Shown: positions 11,650 through 22,050, counted from the stretch's first letter. The stretch is 39,427 nucleotides of DNA from Octopus bimaculoides (GCF_001194135.2 NC_068982.1:32459311-32498737); one strand, 5' to 3'. Numbers and translations: made by a program. The notes: a model not told the origin generated them from the letters alone.

Positions 11650-11931
11650 ACTACAAATTCCTCTGCAAATTTAAGATGTATAGAAATCTCACTTTATGAG
11701 ATGCTCTCATATGTTAAATTCAAATTACAAACTTCGTTTGTTTATTTACGTTTGTCGTAATTTGAATTTAACATATGCGAGCGTCTCATAAAGCAAGATT
11801 TCTATATGAGATTAGCGAGATTAGCATTATTCTGCGATTGAGAATTTAAAATCACTTTATAATGATAATAATAATGGTTTCAAATTTTTAGCTAAGTTAC
11901 AGGGTAATGTTTATAATAATAATAATAATAA

Positions 11932-12146
11932 TGGTTTCAATTTTTTAGCACAAGGCCAGTAATTTAGGTGTGGGGCAGATAAGTCAATTACATTAACTCC
12001 AGTGCTCAACTGGTACTTGTTTTATTAACCCCAAAAAGATGAAAGGAAAAATCGACTTCAGTAGAATTTGAACTCAGAATGTAGAGATGGACAAAATTCC
12101 ACTAAGTATTTTGCCTGGTGGGCTAATGACTCTCCCAGCTCACTAT
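11932..12146 (-). mobile_element. (TTA)n-tailed tRNA-derived SINE, diverged copy
   Basis: Same sequence as 35042-35255 (gcacaaggcc...gatgaaagg.aaa.tcgac.tc.g..gaatttgaactcagaa...gccagctc), flanked by AAT repeats. Confidence 0.75.
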
Positions 12147-12180
<34 letters not shown>

Positions 12181-12498
12181 GGGTGTCATATATTTGGTTT
12201 TGCACATAGTATTGTTCAAGAGAATGTTTAAGAAAACAAGAAAATTATGAGTTTGTTTTAAAATTTGAGATTATGTAGGATTATGTAGGATATGGGCAGT
12301 TCCCATGAGCACTATCTTTTGAATTTTTCTCCAAAATGGCAGAAATTCAAAAGATAGTGCTCATGGGAACTGTCCATATCCTACATAAAACACTGTCTAT
12401 GTAATCTCAAATTTTAAAACAAACTCATAATTTTCTTATGCTTTCTTAAACATTCTCAAGAACAATACTATGTGCAAAACCAAATATATGACACTCTA
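12181..12498. repeat. Long imperfect inverted repeat (arms about 146 and 156 bp, loop about 16 nt)
   Basis: 12181-12326 is the reverse complement of 12343-12498 apart from a few substitutions and one local replacement (ttatgtagga duplication). Confidence 0.95.
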
Positions 12499-12607
12499 GG
12501 CATAACACCAACATGAACTTCTAACCTGTTGTCTCTAGAGGTCCCTGCGTGAGACTTGGAGTCAACTTGAGCAAATACAAAGCAAAAGTCAAACATAATA
12601 ATAATAA
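12340..12607 (+). mobile_element. R4/Dong-like non-LTR retrotransposon 3' end with (TAA)n tail
   Basis: Encodes AEIQKIVLMGTVHILHKTLSM*, the R4-type C-terminal QK-V-LGT--IL---L motif, followed by about 190 nt of 3' UTR and ataataataataa. Confidence 0.7.
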
Positions 12608-12775
12608 GAGGTGCAGGAGTGGCTGTGTGATAAGAAACTTGCTTCCCAGCCACATGGTTCCAGGTTCAGTCCTACTGCATGACACCTTGGGCAAATGTCT
12701 TCTATTATAGCCTCAGGCCAACCAAAGCCTTGTGAGTGGATTTGGTAGATGGAAACTGAAAGAAGCCCATTGTAT
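12608..12775 (+). mobile_element. tRNA-derived SINE 5' part (ggagtggctgtgtg... family)
   Basis: A-box-like gtggctgtgtg.taag and B-box-like ggttcagtcc, then caccttgggcaa.tgtcttct.ttatagcc...ccaaagccttgtgagtggatttggtaga. Diverged copies lie near 9900, 15000, 17960, 24885, 31140 and 37900. Possibly one of the described octopus OK/OR families; assignment not verified. Confidence 0.7.
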
Positions 12776-12837
12776 ATATATATTTATATATATTTGTGTA
12801 ATACAGTTCTGTATTTAAGAGATGAGGAATTATGTAC

Positions 12838-13610
12838 ATTAAGCGAGTATGCTCCGCTGGATGTGTAATGTAAATGTGCATACCCGTCAGAGTGTAAGTA
12901 TCTTGAGAGAAAAGCTGAACATAAGAAGCGTCAGTAGTGGTGTACAAGAGAGACGATTGTGCTGGTTTGGACATGTGGTGAGGATAGCTGCGTGAAAAAG
13001 TGCCACTCCCTAACAGTTGAGGGAACCCATGGAAGAGGTAGGCCCAGGAAGACCTGGGCTGAGGTGGTGTGGCAAGACCTTCGAACATTGGGCCTCACCG
13101 AGGCGATGACTACTAACCGAGACCTTTGGAAATGTGCTGTGCATGAGAAGACCCGGCAAGCCAAGTGAGATCGTTGCCAGTGCCCCNNNNNNNNNNNNNN
13201 NNNNNNNNNNNNNNNNNNNNNNNNNNNNNNNNNNNNNNNNNNNNNNNNNNNNNNNNNNNNNNNNNNNNNNNNNNNNNNNNNNNNNNNNNNNNNNNNNNNN
13301 NNNNNNNNNNNNNNNNNNNNNNNNGGGTTTTCGAGCGAGATCGTTGCCAGTGCCTCTGGACTGGCTCTTGTGCGGGTGGCACATAAAAGACACCATTTCA
13401 AGCGTGGCCGTTTTCGTGCGGGTGACACGTAAAAGCACCCACTACACTCTCTGAGTGATTGGCGTTAGGAAGGGCATCCAGCTGTAGAAACTCTGCCAAA
13501 TTAGATTGGAGCCTGGTGTAGCCATCCGGTTTCACCAGTCCTCAGTCAAATCGTCCAACCCATGCTAGCATGGAAAGCGGACGTTAAACGATGATGATGA
13601 TGATGATGAT
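12838..13610 (+). mobile_element. 5'-truncated RTE-clade LINE with a frameshift
   Basis: Encodes SMLRWMCNVNVHTRQSVSILREKLNIRSVSSGVQERRLCWFGHV, then after a small deletion EDSCVKKCHSLTVEGTHGRGRPRKTW...KTRQAK* (stop 13166-13168). The 3' UTR has a gap at 13187-13324 and ends in a (gat)n tail. Confidence 0.9.
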
Positions 13611-13650
13611 TTACATTTGACGGATATTTGTCCTCATCTTGTTTGTTGTT

Positions 13651-13696
13651 AGCACAACGTTTCAGCTGATATACTCTCCAGCCTTCATCAGGTGTC
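13651..13696 (-). ncRNA. Minimal type I hammerhead ribozyme motif (Penelope-like element remnant)
   Basis: Minus strand reads GACAC CTGATGA A GGCTG gagagtatat CAGCT GAAA CG T T GTGCT. The CUGAUGA and GAAA cores are intact, with stem II, a palindromic ACGT stem III, a GUU site and stem I CAC/GTG. Confidence 0.7.
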
Positions 13697-15249
13697 TTAA
13701 TCACTATGCAATATGCCCATGATTCAATACATCATCGAGTCTCCCCTACAAATAAGAAACATTGTACTTAATGCAAATAGATTAACCCTTTCTGCCTGAA
13801 ATTTTAGAGAAAGGGGATAGTTGATTACATCAATCCCAGGGCTTGACTGGTAATTATCTCGTCAACCCCCAAAAGGATGAAAGACAAAGTTGACCACAGC
13901 AGAATTTGAATTCAGAACACAAAGATGGACAAAATGCTGCTGAGAATTTTTCCCAGTGTTGAAAAAGAATTCAATCAATTTGTTCTAAAAAAAAAAGAAA
14001 AAAGAACTTGTTTGTATCTGAAATTACTAGATAAATATACAAAGAAGTATTTGAGCTTATACATGTCTTTGTCTAGAGACTTTTTCATCTCGAAATAGTA
14101 GCCAAATTTTCTGCAAATCACACATTTGATAAAATAGCATGAGATACTCCTAAAATATCATGTTGATTATGGCCAGAATGCTTTTGATCACAGATTTGTT
14201 TCAGCAGTGTTGACTTGGAGCTAAACAACATCAGGAAACTACTTTTGTAAACAGTTATTGAAGTTTCCTATTTTGCCTTCACTGGCTTAGACAAAGTATT
14301 AGCAGCAATAGACTATTGAATATATAGTCAAGGCTCCTAAACTATTTTTACAGTCAATTAACTTGTACCCATTAATCAAGGCAGATAAATCTGCTTATCT
14401 CAGGCAACCTAACTTACAACAGCTTTGATTCCTACTTTACAAAAGAATGATTAATAGCAGGAAGAACATTAAACGGTAAAAGAAAACTCTCAAACAGTAT
14501 TGAAATATCCTAATTTGTAGATCAGATTTATGCTAGCATGAAAACAGAGATGTAAACCAGCATAAGAACCACATTCAATGATACGCAAATATTTGTGCAC
14601 GCACGTTCATGCACATCTACATGCACACACATGCATGCATATATGTATGCATACATACACATTTGTACGCACACATACTAGAATGGATTCAGAGATAAAG
14701 CTCTTTGTTGATGAGATACTTTGTTGTGAACTAAGTCTTTCAGGTATACTTTATCCATCTTCTTAACCATAGTATTAACTCCAAATAAATAACTAGATGC
14801 CAGTTAGAAATATACCTTGCTGATAAAAGAAAACCCATGGTCAGTTGATGAAGAGACTGGAGGATGGGAAACTGATTGAAACCAAGAATAAAGATAAGAA
14901 TGAGAAGAGAACAAGGAGAAAGCTAAGAAAATGACAATGGCATGAAAGATGAAGATGGGAACAAAGATGAGGAAGGAAAGTAGAAATTCTACAATTTATA
15001 TGAATAGATGCAGACATGGGTGTGTGCTTTTGCAACCATATGGTTTCAGGTTCAGTGTCACTGTGCAGCACATTGGGCATGTGTCTTCTATTATAAACCA
15101 GGATGATCAATGCCCTGTGAGTGAATATGGTAGACAGAAAAGTATGTGGAAGCCCATCGTGTGTGTGTTTGTGTTTGTCACACCCACTTACCTGCTTGAC
15201 AACAGGTGTGACTTACTGGTATTCAGCAAAAGAGACCAATAAAATAAGT

Positions 15250-15514
15250 AATAATAAATAAAATAAATGCGCCCTTTTTAAAGCCTAGCCAGGCTCCTGG
15301 GCCCGGTTTCCTGGGTTCAATGGCGTATGTATTCCCCAGCTGGACGGGATGCCAGTCCATCGCAGCGTTACTCATTTTTGCCAGCTGAGTGGACTGGAGC
15401 AACGTGAAATGAAGTATTTTGCTCAAGAACACAACGCGTCACCTGGTCCAGGAATCGAAACCACAATCTTACGATCATGATGCTGACACCCTAACCACTC
15501 AGCCATGTACCTCC
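15250..15514 (-). mobile_element. tRNA-derived SINE (head, central core, (ATTT)n tail)
   Basis: GGAGGTACATGGCTGAGTGGTTAGG (A box) ... GGTTTCGATTCC (B box), core cttgagcaaaatacttcatttcacgttgctccagtccactcagctggcaaaaatgagta, and tail catttattttattt. Confidence 0.82.
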
Positions 15515-15611
15515 ACAATAAAATAAGTACCAGACTTAAATAAAAAAGTTCTGGGGTTGATTTGTTCAGCTAAACCCTTCAATTAATAGTAAAGAAACAG
15601 AGAAAACTTAC

Positions 15612-15738
15612 ATCGCAGGACAAAGATGTTCATTGCATTTGCGTTGCTTGTCATCTGGTTTCATTGAAGCATTGCAGTACATTTCATCCACAGCACCAGC
15701 TTCCATCTCGGTGCATATTACAACAGAACGTTGAGTAC
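15612..15738 (-). CDS. ADAMTS7/12: ADAMTS7/12-like exon: rest of the TSR (absent from the ORF track)
   Basis: Acceptor ctttatcacag|GT and donor GCGAT|gtaagt. 127 nt, phase 1 to 2, exactly bridging the neighbouring exons. Encodes GTQRSVVICTEMEAGAVDEMYCNASMKPDDKQRKCNEHLCPA(M). Confidence 0.92.
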
Positions 15739-15787
15739 CTGTGATAAAGATTAGTACAACACAATATTAACAAGGACATATATTATA

Positions 15788-16284
15788 CAGGGTGTCCACA
15801 AAGTTTGGGTACATGGGGATTAACACATACTTTAAAAAATTATCATTTGTTATATCTAATTGTTTATCTTATGATTTCATTTACTCCATGTACCTACATG
15901 GGGATTAACACATACTTTAAGAAATTATTATTTCTTATGTTCAATTGTTTATTTTATGATGCTAGTGCCGTTGGACTGGCTCCTGTGCAGGTGGCATGTA
16001 AAAAACACCATTTCGAGCGTGGCCGTTGCCAGTACCGCCTGACTGACCTTCATGCCAGTGGCACGTAAAAGCACCCACTACACTCTCGGAGTGGTTGGCG
16101 TTAGGAAGGGCATCCAGCTGTAGAAACTCTGCCAAATCAGATTGGAGCCTGGTGTAGCTATCTGGTTCACCAGTCCTCAGTCAAATCGTCCAACCCATGC
16201 TAGCATGGAAAGCGGACGTTAAACGATGATGATGATGATGATGATTTTATTTACTCCATGTACCCAGACTTTGTGGACACCCTG
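15788..16284. mobile_element. Tc1/mariner MITE (same family as 6131) with internal duplication and nested RTE tail
   Basis: Same TIR, with TA target duplications at 15786-15787 and 16285-16286. The internal segment repeats with an 85-bp period (15810 and 15895), and an RTE 3' UTR occupies 15961-16245. Confidence 0.88.
15961..16245 (+). mobile_element. RTE LINE 3' UTR with (GAT)n tail
   Basis: Same sequence and tail as 9636-9868. Inserted at the tatgat site of the MITE. Confidence 0.85.
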
Positions 16285-16359
16285 TACAAAGACACGTCAT
16301 ATAAAAATGTAATTCTGTAATCATAAATAAAAGACACGGTCAGTCATTTTACACCACTG

Positions 16360-16575
16360 AATATATGTTCTCTGACAGGTTTATAGTTGAGCCTGTAGCA
16401 GTAAAGACCTCTGGTGTTCTTGGCCCCACCAGACCTGATCCCTGCTCAATGCAATCAGGGTGGAGATGGCTATCTGCAACTGCAAGCCCCGTGAGTCAGA
16501 GTGAATGTACCAGTGCATCTCCCTCACCATCTTCCGAGGCAATGACTTTTCCATTTTGTCTGCTGGGACCATGGG
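16360..16575 (+). mobile_element. Degraded C-terminus of a CRE-like (restriction-like endonuclease) non-LTR retrotransposon
   Basis: Frame 1 gives FSDRFIVEPVAVKTSGVLGP. After a frameshift it reads KPRESE*MYQCISLTIFRGNDFSILSAG. Together these resemble the CRE-type F-P-AVET-G--GP...G-PR----L-QRISLAI-RGNA-SIL ending. Confidence 0.6.
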
Positions 16576-16674
16576 GGAATCTAACTTACAGGAAATTGTA
16601 CATTCCATTCCTTGACGTAGAGTGACCTCATATAAATTGCAGTTACAAGTTATATTGAATAATAATAATAAATA

Positions 16675-17111
16675 GCCTTTCTACTAAAGGCACAAGGCCT
16701 GAAAGTTTGGGAAGGGGACAAGTTGATTACATCGACCCCAGTGTTTCAGTGGTACTTAATTTATTGACCTCAAAAGGATGAAAGACAAAGTCGACCTCGG
16801 ATGAATTTGAACTCAGAACATAGTGACAGGCAAAATGCCGCTAAGCATGTCATCCAGCATGCTAACAAGTCTGCCAGTTCACCACCTTAATAATAATAAT
16901 CCTTTCTGCAATAGGCACAAGGCCTGAAATTTGTGGGAAGTGGGTAAGTCGATAACATCAACTCCAGTGTTCCACTGGTACTTAATTTATCGACCCTGAA
17001 AGAATAAAAAGCATAGTCGACCTCAGTAGAATTTGAACTCAGAATGTAACAACAGATGAAATACCACTCAATATTTCACCTGGCTTGCTAATAATTCTGC
17101 CATCTCACCAC
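16675..17111 (-). mobile_element. Two head-to-tail (TTA)n-tailed SINEs
   Basis: Units 16675-16888 and 16901-17111 are separated by (aat)4 and followed by an AAT-type microsatellite to about 17197. Confidence 0.85.
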
Positions 17112-17489
17112 ATAATAATAATAATAATAATAATGATAATAATAATAATAATAGCAATAACAATAATAATAACAATAACAATAATAATGATAATAATATG
17201 CTGAAATTAAACCTCATTGAGCTGTCTCTAATAATTTTCAATGCTGTAATTTCACCTGTCATGACTAAATATGTAAATATGAGTAAAAAAATGTCATCTC
17301 AGTTCATGTTTCTAGGCAAGGCATGTACTATCATGATGTTTCACTTCAGTTTAGCTCTAATAGCATTCTGGCCAAAGTCACTTCAGCCACAATCATCGGT
17401 ACTTTTCCTATGAATTGCAATGCTAAGACTATGTTATCCAATGTGCCACTATCCTTTCAGGATGCTAGTGATGTAAAGTAAGGGAGGTG

Positions 17490-17874
17490 GAGGCGCAATG
17501 GCCCAGTGGTTAGGGCAGCAGACTCGCGGTCATAGGATCGCGGTTTCGATTCCCAGACCGGGCGTTGTGAGTGTTTATTGAGCGAAAACACCTAAAGCTC
17601 CATTAGGCTCCGGCAGGGGATGGTGGCGAACCCTGCTGTACTATTCCACCACAACTTTCTCTCACTCTTACTTCCTGTTTCTGTTGTGCCTGTAATTCAA
17701 AGGGTCAGTCTTGTGACACTGTGTCACGCTGAATATCCCCGAGAACTACGTTAAGGGTACACATGTCTGTGGAGTGCTCAGCCACTTGCACGTTAATTTC
17801 ACAAGCAGGTTGTTCCGTTGATTGGATCAACTGGAACCCTCGACGTCGTAAATGACGGAGTGCCAACAGCAAAT
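17490..17874 (+). mobile_element. Full-length tRNA-derived SINE with target-site duplication
   Basis: Head GAGGCGCAATGGCCCAGTGGTTAGGG (A box) and GGTTTCGATTCC (B box). Flanks gtaagggaggtg (17478-17489) and gtaagggagatg (17875-17886) match at 11/12. Confidence 0.88.
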
Positions 17875-18399
17875 GTAAGGGAGATGTAGCTGTGATTTCT
17901 TGCAGGGAAAATAACCACTATCAGGTCAAGACTAAAGGACACAAACAGACACAAATGGACACACACACACACACACATATTTGCAATGGGCTTCTTTCTT
18001 AATATTCCATCTATGAGATTTATCCCACAGGGCTTTGGTCAAACTGAAGCTATAGAAGAAGATACTTGCCCAAAGGCGCCATGCAGTGGAATTGAATTCA
18101 AAACTAAATTGCTGCGAAGCAAACTTCATAACTTCTCACTGCCATGCCAATACTTTACTCATACCAGTTACATTGAAAGAAAACAACTTTACAGTTGAAA
18201 CTGCTTAACATGTTACGTTGCCAATGTCTTATTTTCTGTAAATGATTTTCTCATAAAACCTAGAAACTTCACTTTTATTGATAAGTGACAACAGAAAGCT
18301 ATGTGCTTTCTTCCATCTCCTCTCAAAGCAATACCAATGTGTATAAAACAGTTCTAACAAAAGACAAGAATTTGTTATACTAAAAACTTATATCTCTAT

Positions 18400-18560
18400 A
18401 CTATGGATATTTTCGTCATTATCATCTCCATCACCAGCATTGTTGTCATCATTGTCCTCGTCACTGTCATCATAATCATACTCATGATGCTCACCACCAT
18501 CATGATGATTGTCATGGACATCATCATCACCATCATCATCATCAATTGTATTATCATCAT
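18400..18560. repeat. Degenerate (ATC)n-type trinucleotide repeat
   Basis: Runs of atc/acc/gtc/atg triplets. Confidence 0.8.
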
Positions 18561-20535
18561 TGGTTTCATATCTGTTTATCTTATGATTGTCTTGATTAAA
18601 GAAAAAGAGAAAAAAAATGTCCACAGCACTAGTTACTTGTCCATTGTCAATATCGTTTACTATCTCAGGACCTTGTTTATCTCAGACTGAATCTAATTAC
18701 CACAGCTCACCATTTTATTTTTCTTTCTACCATAAACAATCACCCAAACCATAACACACCTTAACCCAAGTATGTATACATACACATATACATACACACA
18801 CTCACATATGTGTGTGTGTGTATGTATCAAATATTCTCACTACCCATCAAAACCACCACAGTCTCCTGTCTCATCCCTATCTTCTATCACTCTTTCATCT
18901 TCTATCGCTTTCTTTTATCCTTAATATTCAAATATCCTTTTACTCTGCCTCTCTCTTTTATGTCTTATTTCACTCTCTTCCTTTCACTCTCTTTCCCAAG
19001 TTTCTCTCCAATTCTTTCATCACCGTCTCCTTTTTCTCTCCTTCCCCTCATTATCATTTCCCTCTCATTCTCTCATTTTTGCTCTTTCTATTCATTCTGC
19101 ACTATCTTGTTTTCTCTCTTTATTTCTTCCTTTATTTCTATATCTACATATCTTCGACTTTCCCTTGATTTCTCTTTCTGTTATCTCTCTTCCACCTTTA
19201 TTCACACACCACTCACTTTACATTTTCTCAAACAGCATTGATATGTTTCAGATATCCAACAACAAATATCCATCCAGTCACTTGCACTCGGTATATCTCG
19301 CCAATCCAATAACATCCACATTGATATTTATGTATCAAAGGTTAGTGTATTTAGGTAAATAACCTCAATTCTGTTTTGGTCAGCTAGCAACTCTTCAGTT
19401 ACTATATAACGGAAAGTAAAGAAAGAGAGGCTGAGAGAGAAATGGGGAAGAGAAGAGGAATAAGTTTATGATAAAATCAGAGTGATAGGGATACGGAGAG
19501 AATGAGAACGGGGAAAATGAAATAAAATATAACTCTAGCATAAACATCTAAATGAAAAATCTCAGCATGAAAGGAAAAGAGACAAAAGCGTTTGGCTGGG
19601 GTAAAAGTTTGAAGATAACTAATTGCATCATTATTAGGTCAATAAATGCACAAATGGATTATACTCCATCTTTTCCTGCTTCTGAAAAATGGACTGATTC
19701 ACTGATATAGAAGGGTCAGTTGAGTTCAGAGAAAATATTACCATTAACATTAGACTCTGATTAAGAAGTAATGGATATATTAGATAGAGATGAAAACATA
19801 TACATACATACATAAATAGAAATGTATGTATGTATATACACTCATAAATCCATATATATATATATATATTATACATAAATAAAAATATATATAATTGTGT
19901 TTTTGCGTATGTGTATATTTGTGTGTTTGTGTGTAAATGAATGTATGTATACACACACACAAATATATATGCATGTATATATTTGCAACTATATAAAACC
20001 AAAGAGCTCCAAGGTATGAAGTGTAATGAGGATTCATTTGGACTCTGTTGGTAGTATTTACAGTAGATAGGTAAACTGTACAATATACGCAAGATATTTT
20101 AAGTTGAAATATAATTCCAGAAAAGATTGTTTGCATAGACTAAGAAAATGTAAGCAACATGTTAACAGTGGTAGGTCAGAAATAAATAAGTCAAATTATG
20201 AAAATTTTTGAATAGATACTAAATTCAGTGAATTTGAGTATGTATTGAGCCAAGATTTATCCAGTTTCAGAAATTCTATGAATAAATCTATAAATATTCA
20301 TCTGAACCCAGGTGTCTAGTCACAAGATATAATGTCTAATACACACACACACACACACACATATATACGATGTATAAATGCCTGAAGGCAGATTCAAATT
20401 GAGATTTAAATTATGAGTGACACAAAGAAAATGAAATAATTCAAACTGAGATTTAAAAACAAGTAACATTTTCAGAGTATCTACAAAAATTATCAACATA
20501 CTACACCATATGCCAATAATTTAACCCTTGTCTCT

Positions 20536-20567
<32 letters not shown>

Positions 20568-20859
20568 GTCTTTTTGTACAAAAAATAAGAAATTATCTAC
20601 TTCAAAATGTAACATACGTGTAATGTGTTTTTTACCTTGAAAGATTCAAGAAATCACATTTGTTGGTAATTGTAAATATACTTCGATTTTCTTTATTGTA
20701 GAAACATGAATAGACAATAATTCAACAGTGTTCGTTCGTTCAGTCATTCATTCATTCATTCATACATACATACGTGTGTGTGTGTGTGTGTGTGCAATTA
20801 ATAAAAAATGCACCTGAAACAGTTATAGTGAACCTTTAACCCATTTGTATTCTTATTTT

Positions 20860-21320
20860 ACATACATACATACATATATATATATACACACATACATATA
20901 TACACACATATATATACACACATTTATATACACACATATACTATAAACACACACACACATATATATATATACACACACATATATATATATACACACACAT
21001 ATATATACACATATATACATACACATATATACACACATACATATACACACACACATATATATACACATACACACACATATATATACATATATATATACAC
21101 ATATTTACACACACATACATATACATACACATGTATATACACATATATATACACACACACACACACATATATACATCTATATATATACATATATATGCAC
21201 ATATATATATACACATATGTATACACATATATATACACACATATATACACATGCACATACATACACACACACATACACACACACACAGGCATACAAACAC
21301 ACATGCATACACACACAAAC
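20860..21320. repeat. Compound (TA)/(CA) microsatellite field
   Basis: About 460 bp of mixed ta/ca dinucleotides. Similar fields lie at 7640-7880, 8548-8660, 22510-22680, 24745-24862 and 39340-39427. Confidence 0.95.
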
Positions 21321-21584
21321 ACCACAGACCCTCCTAAAACTAGATACCAATATCTGAGCATTATCTAAGCATAGTAAAATTACCTATGAAGAAAAACCAA
21401 CCAATGCTAAGTGATCTCCACAAACTAGAATCCACAAAGCCTTTCCATTTTACAAGAATAAAGGATAACTCAGATTAATGAGACAAAGTAATAAGAAATT
21501 CACAGCCAAATATAACAAATGTGTATTCCCATCATCAAATGCCAAACGGATATCACTATGGTTTCAACACCTGGGTATATATTT

Positions 21585-22050
21585 ATTATTAAAACTATTA
21601 CAAGTTACATTAGTTAGTGGGGAAATTGTTTTGAGCTTCGGTGGGAGGTCTCCTCAAATGTCAAGAATCTTTCGCAGGATTCTTGTAGAATACAAGATTA
21701 CTCTTTTCCACAGATCAACAATACAGGCCTCAATTCTAATATCCTCCAGTAGTTTAGATGTTGTGCCAATTACTGCAGTAATAATTGTCATCTTCCCCAC
21801 CATTTGATAATAGAGTATCAACTCTGTCATCATATGGTATGCATAGTCTATGGTACTACACTGCCTTAGTTTGTTTTTTGGGGTTTTTTTGTCTTATTAT
21901 ATGTGGTCTCCTCAGTTCAATAGCATGGTTACTCTTTATAGGAAATCCCATAAAATCTTTTAATTATTATTCTATGTCAGAAACTGTGGCTTGCATTCAT
22001 ACCACTTTTCTGTTATTTCCACACACCAACTTAACATCTCAATGATTTAC
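21585..22050 (-). mobile_element. Degraded R4/Dong-like 3' end (restriction-like endonuclease domain)
   Basis: Interrupted translation EKWYECKP...KILWDF / PIKSNHAIELRRPHII / IDYA / KMTIITAVIGTTSKLLEDIRIEACIVDLWKRVILYSTRILRKILDI*, then a short UTR and a taataa tail. Confidence 0.75.

Noticed and set aside
15805-15960. Repeated units that could suggest a CRISPR-like array
   Set aside because: This is a two-unit internal duplication of a MITE with no unique spacers. The context is eukaryotic with no cas genes.
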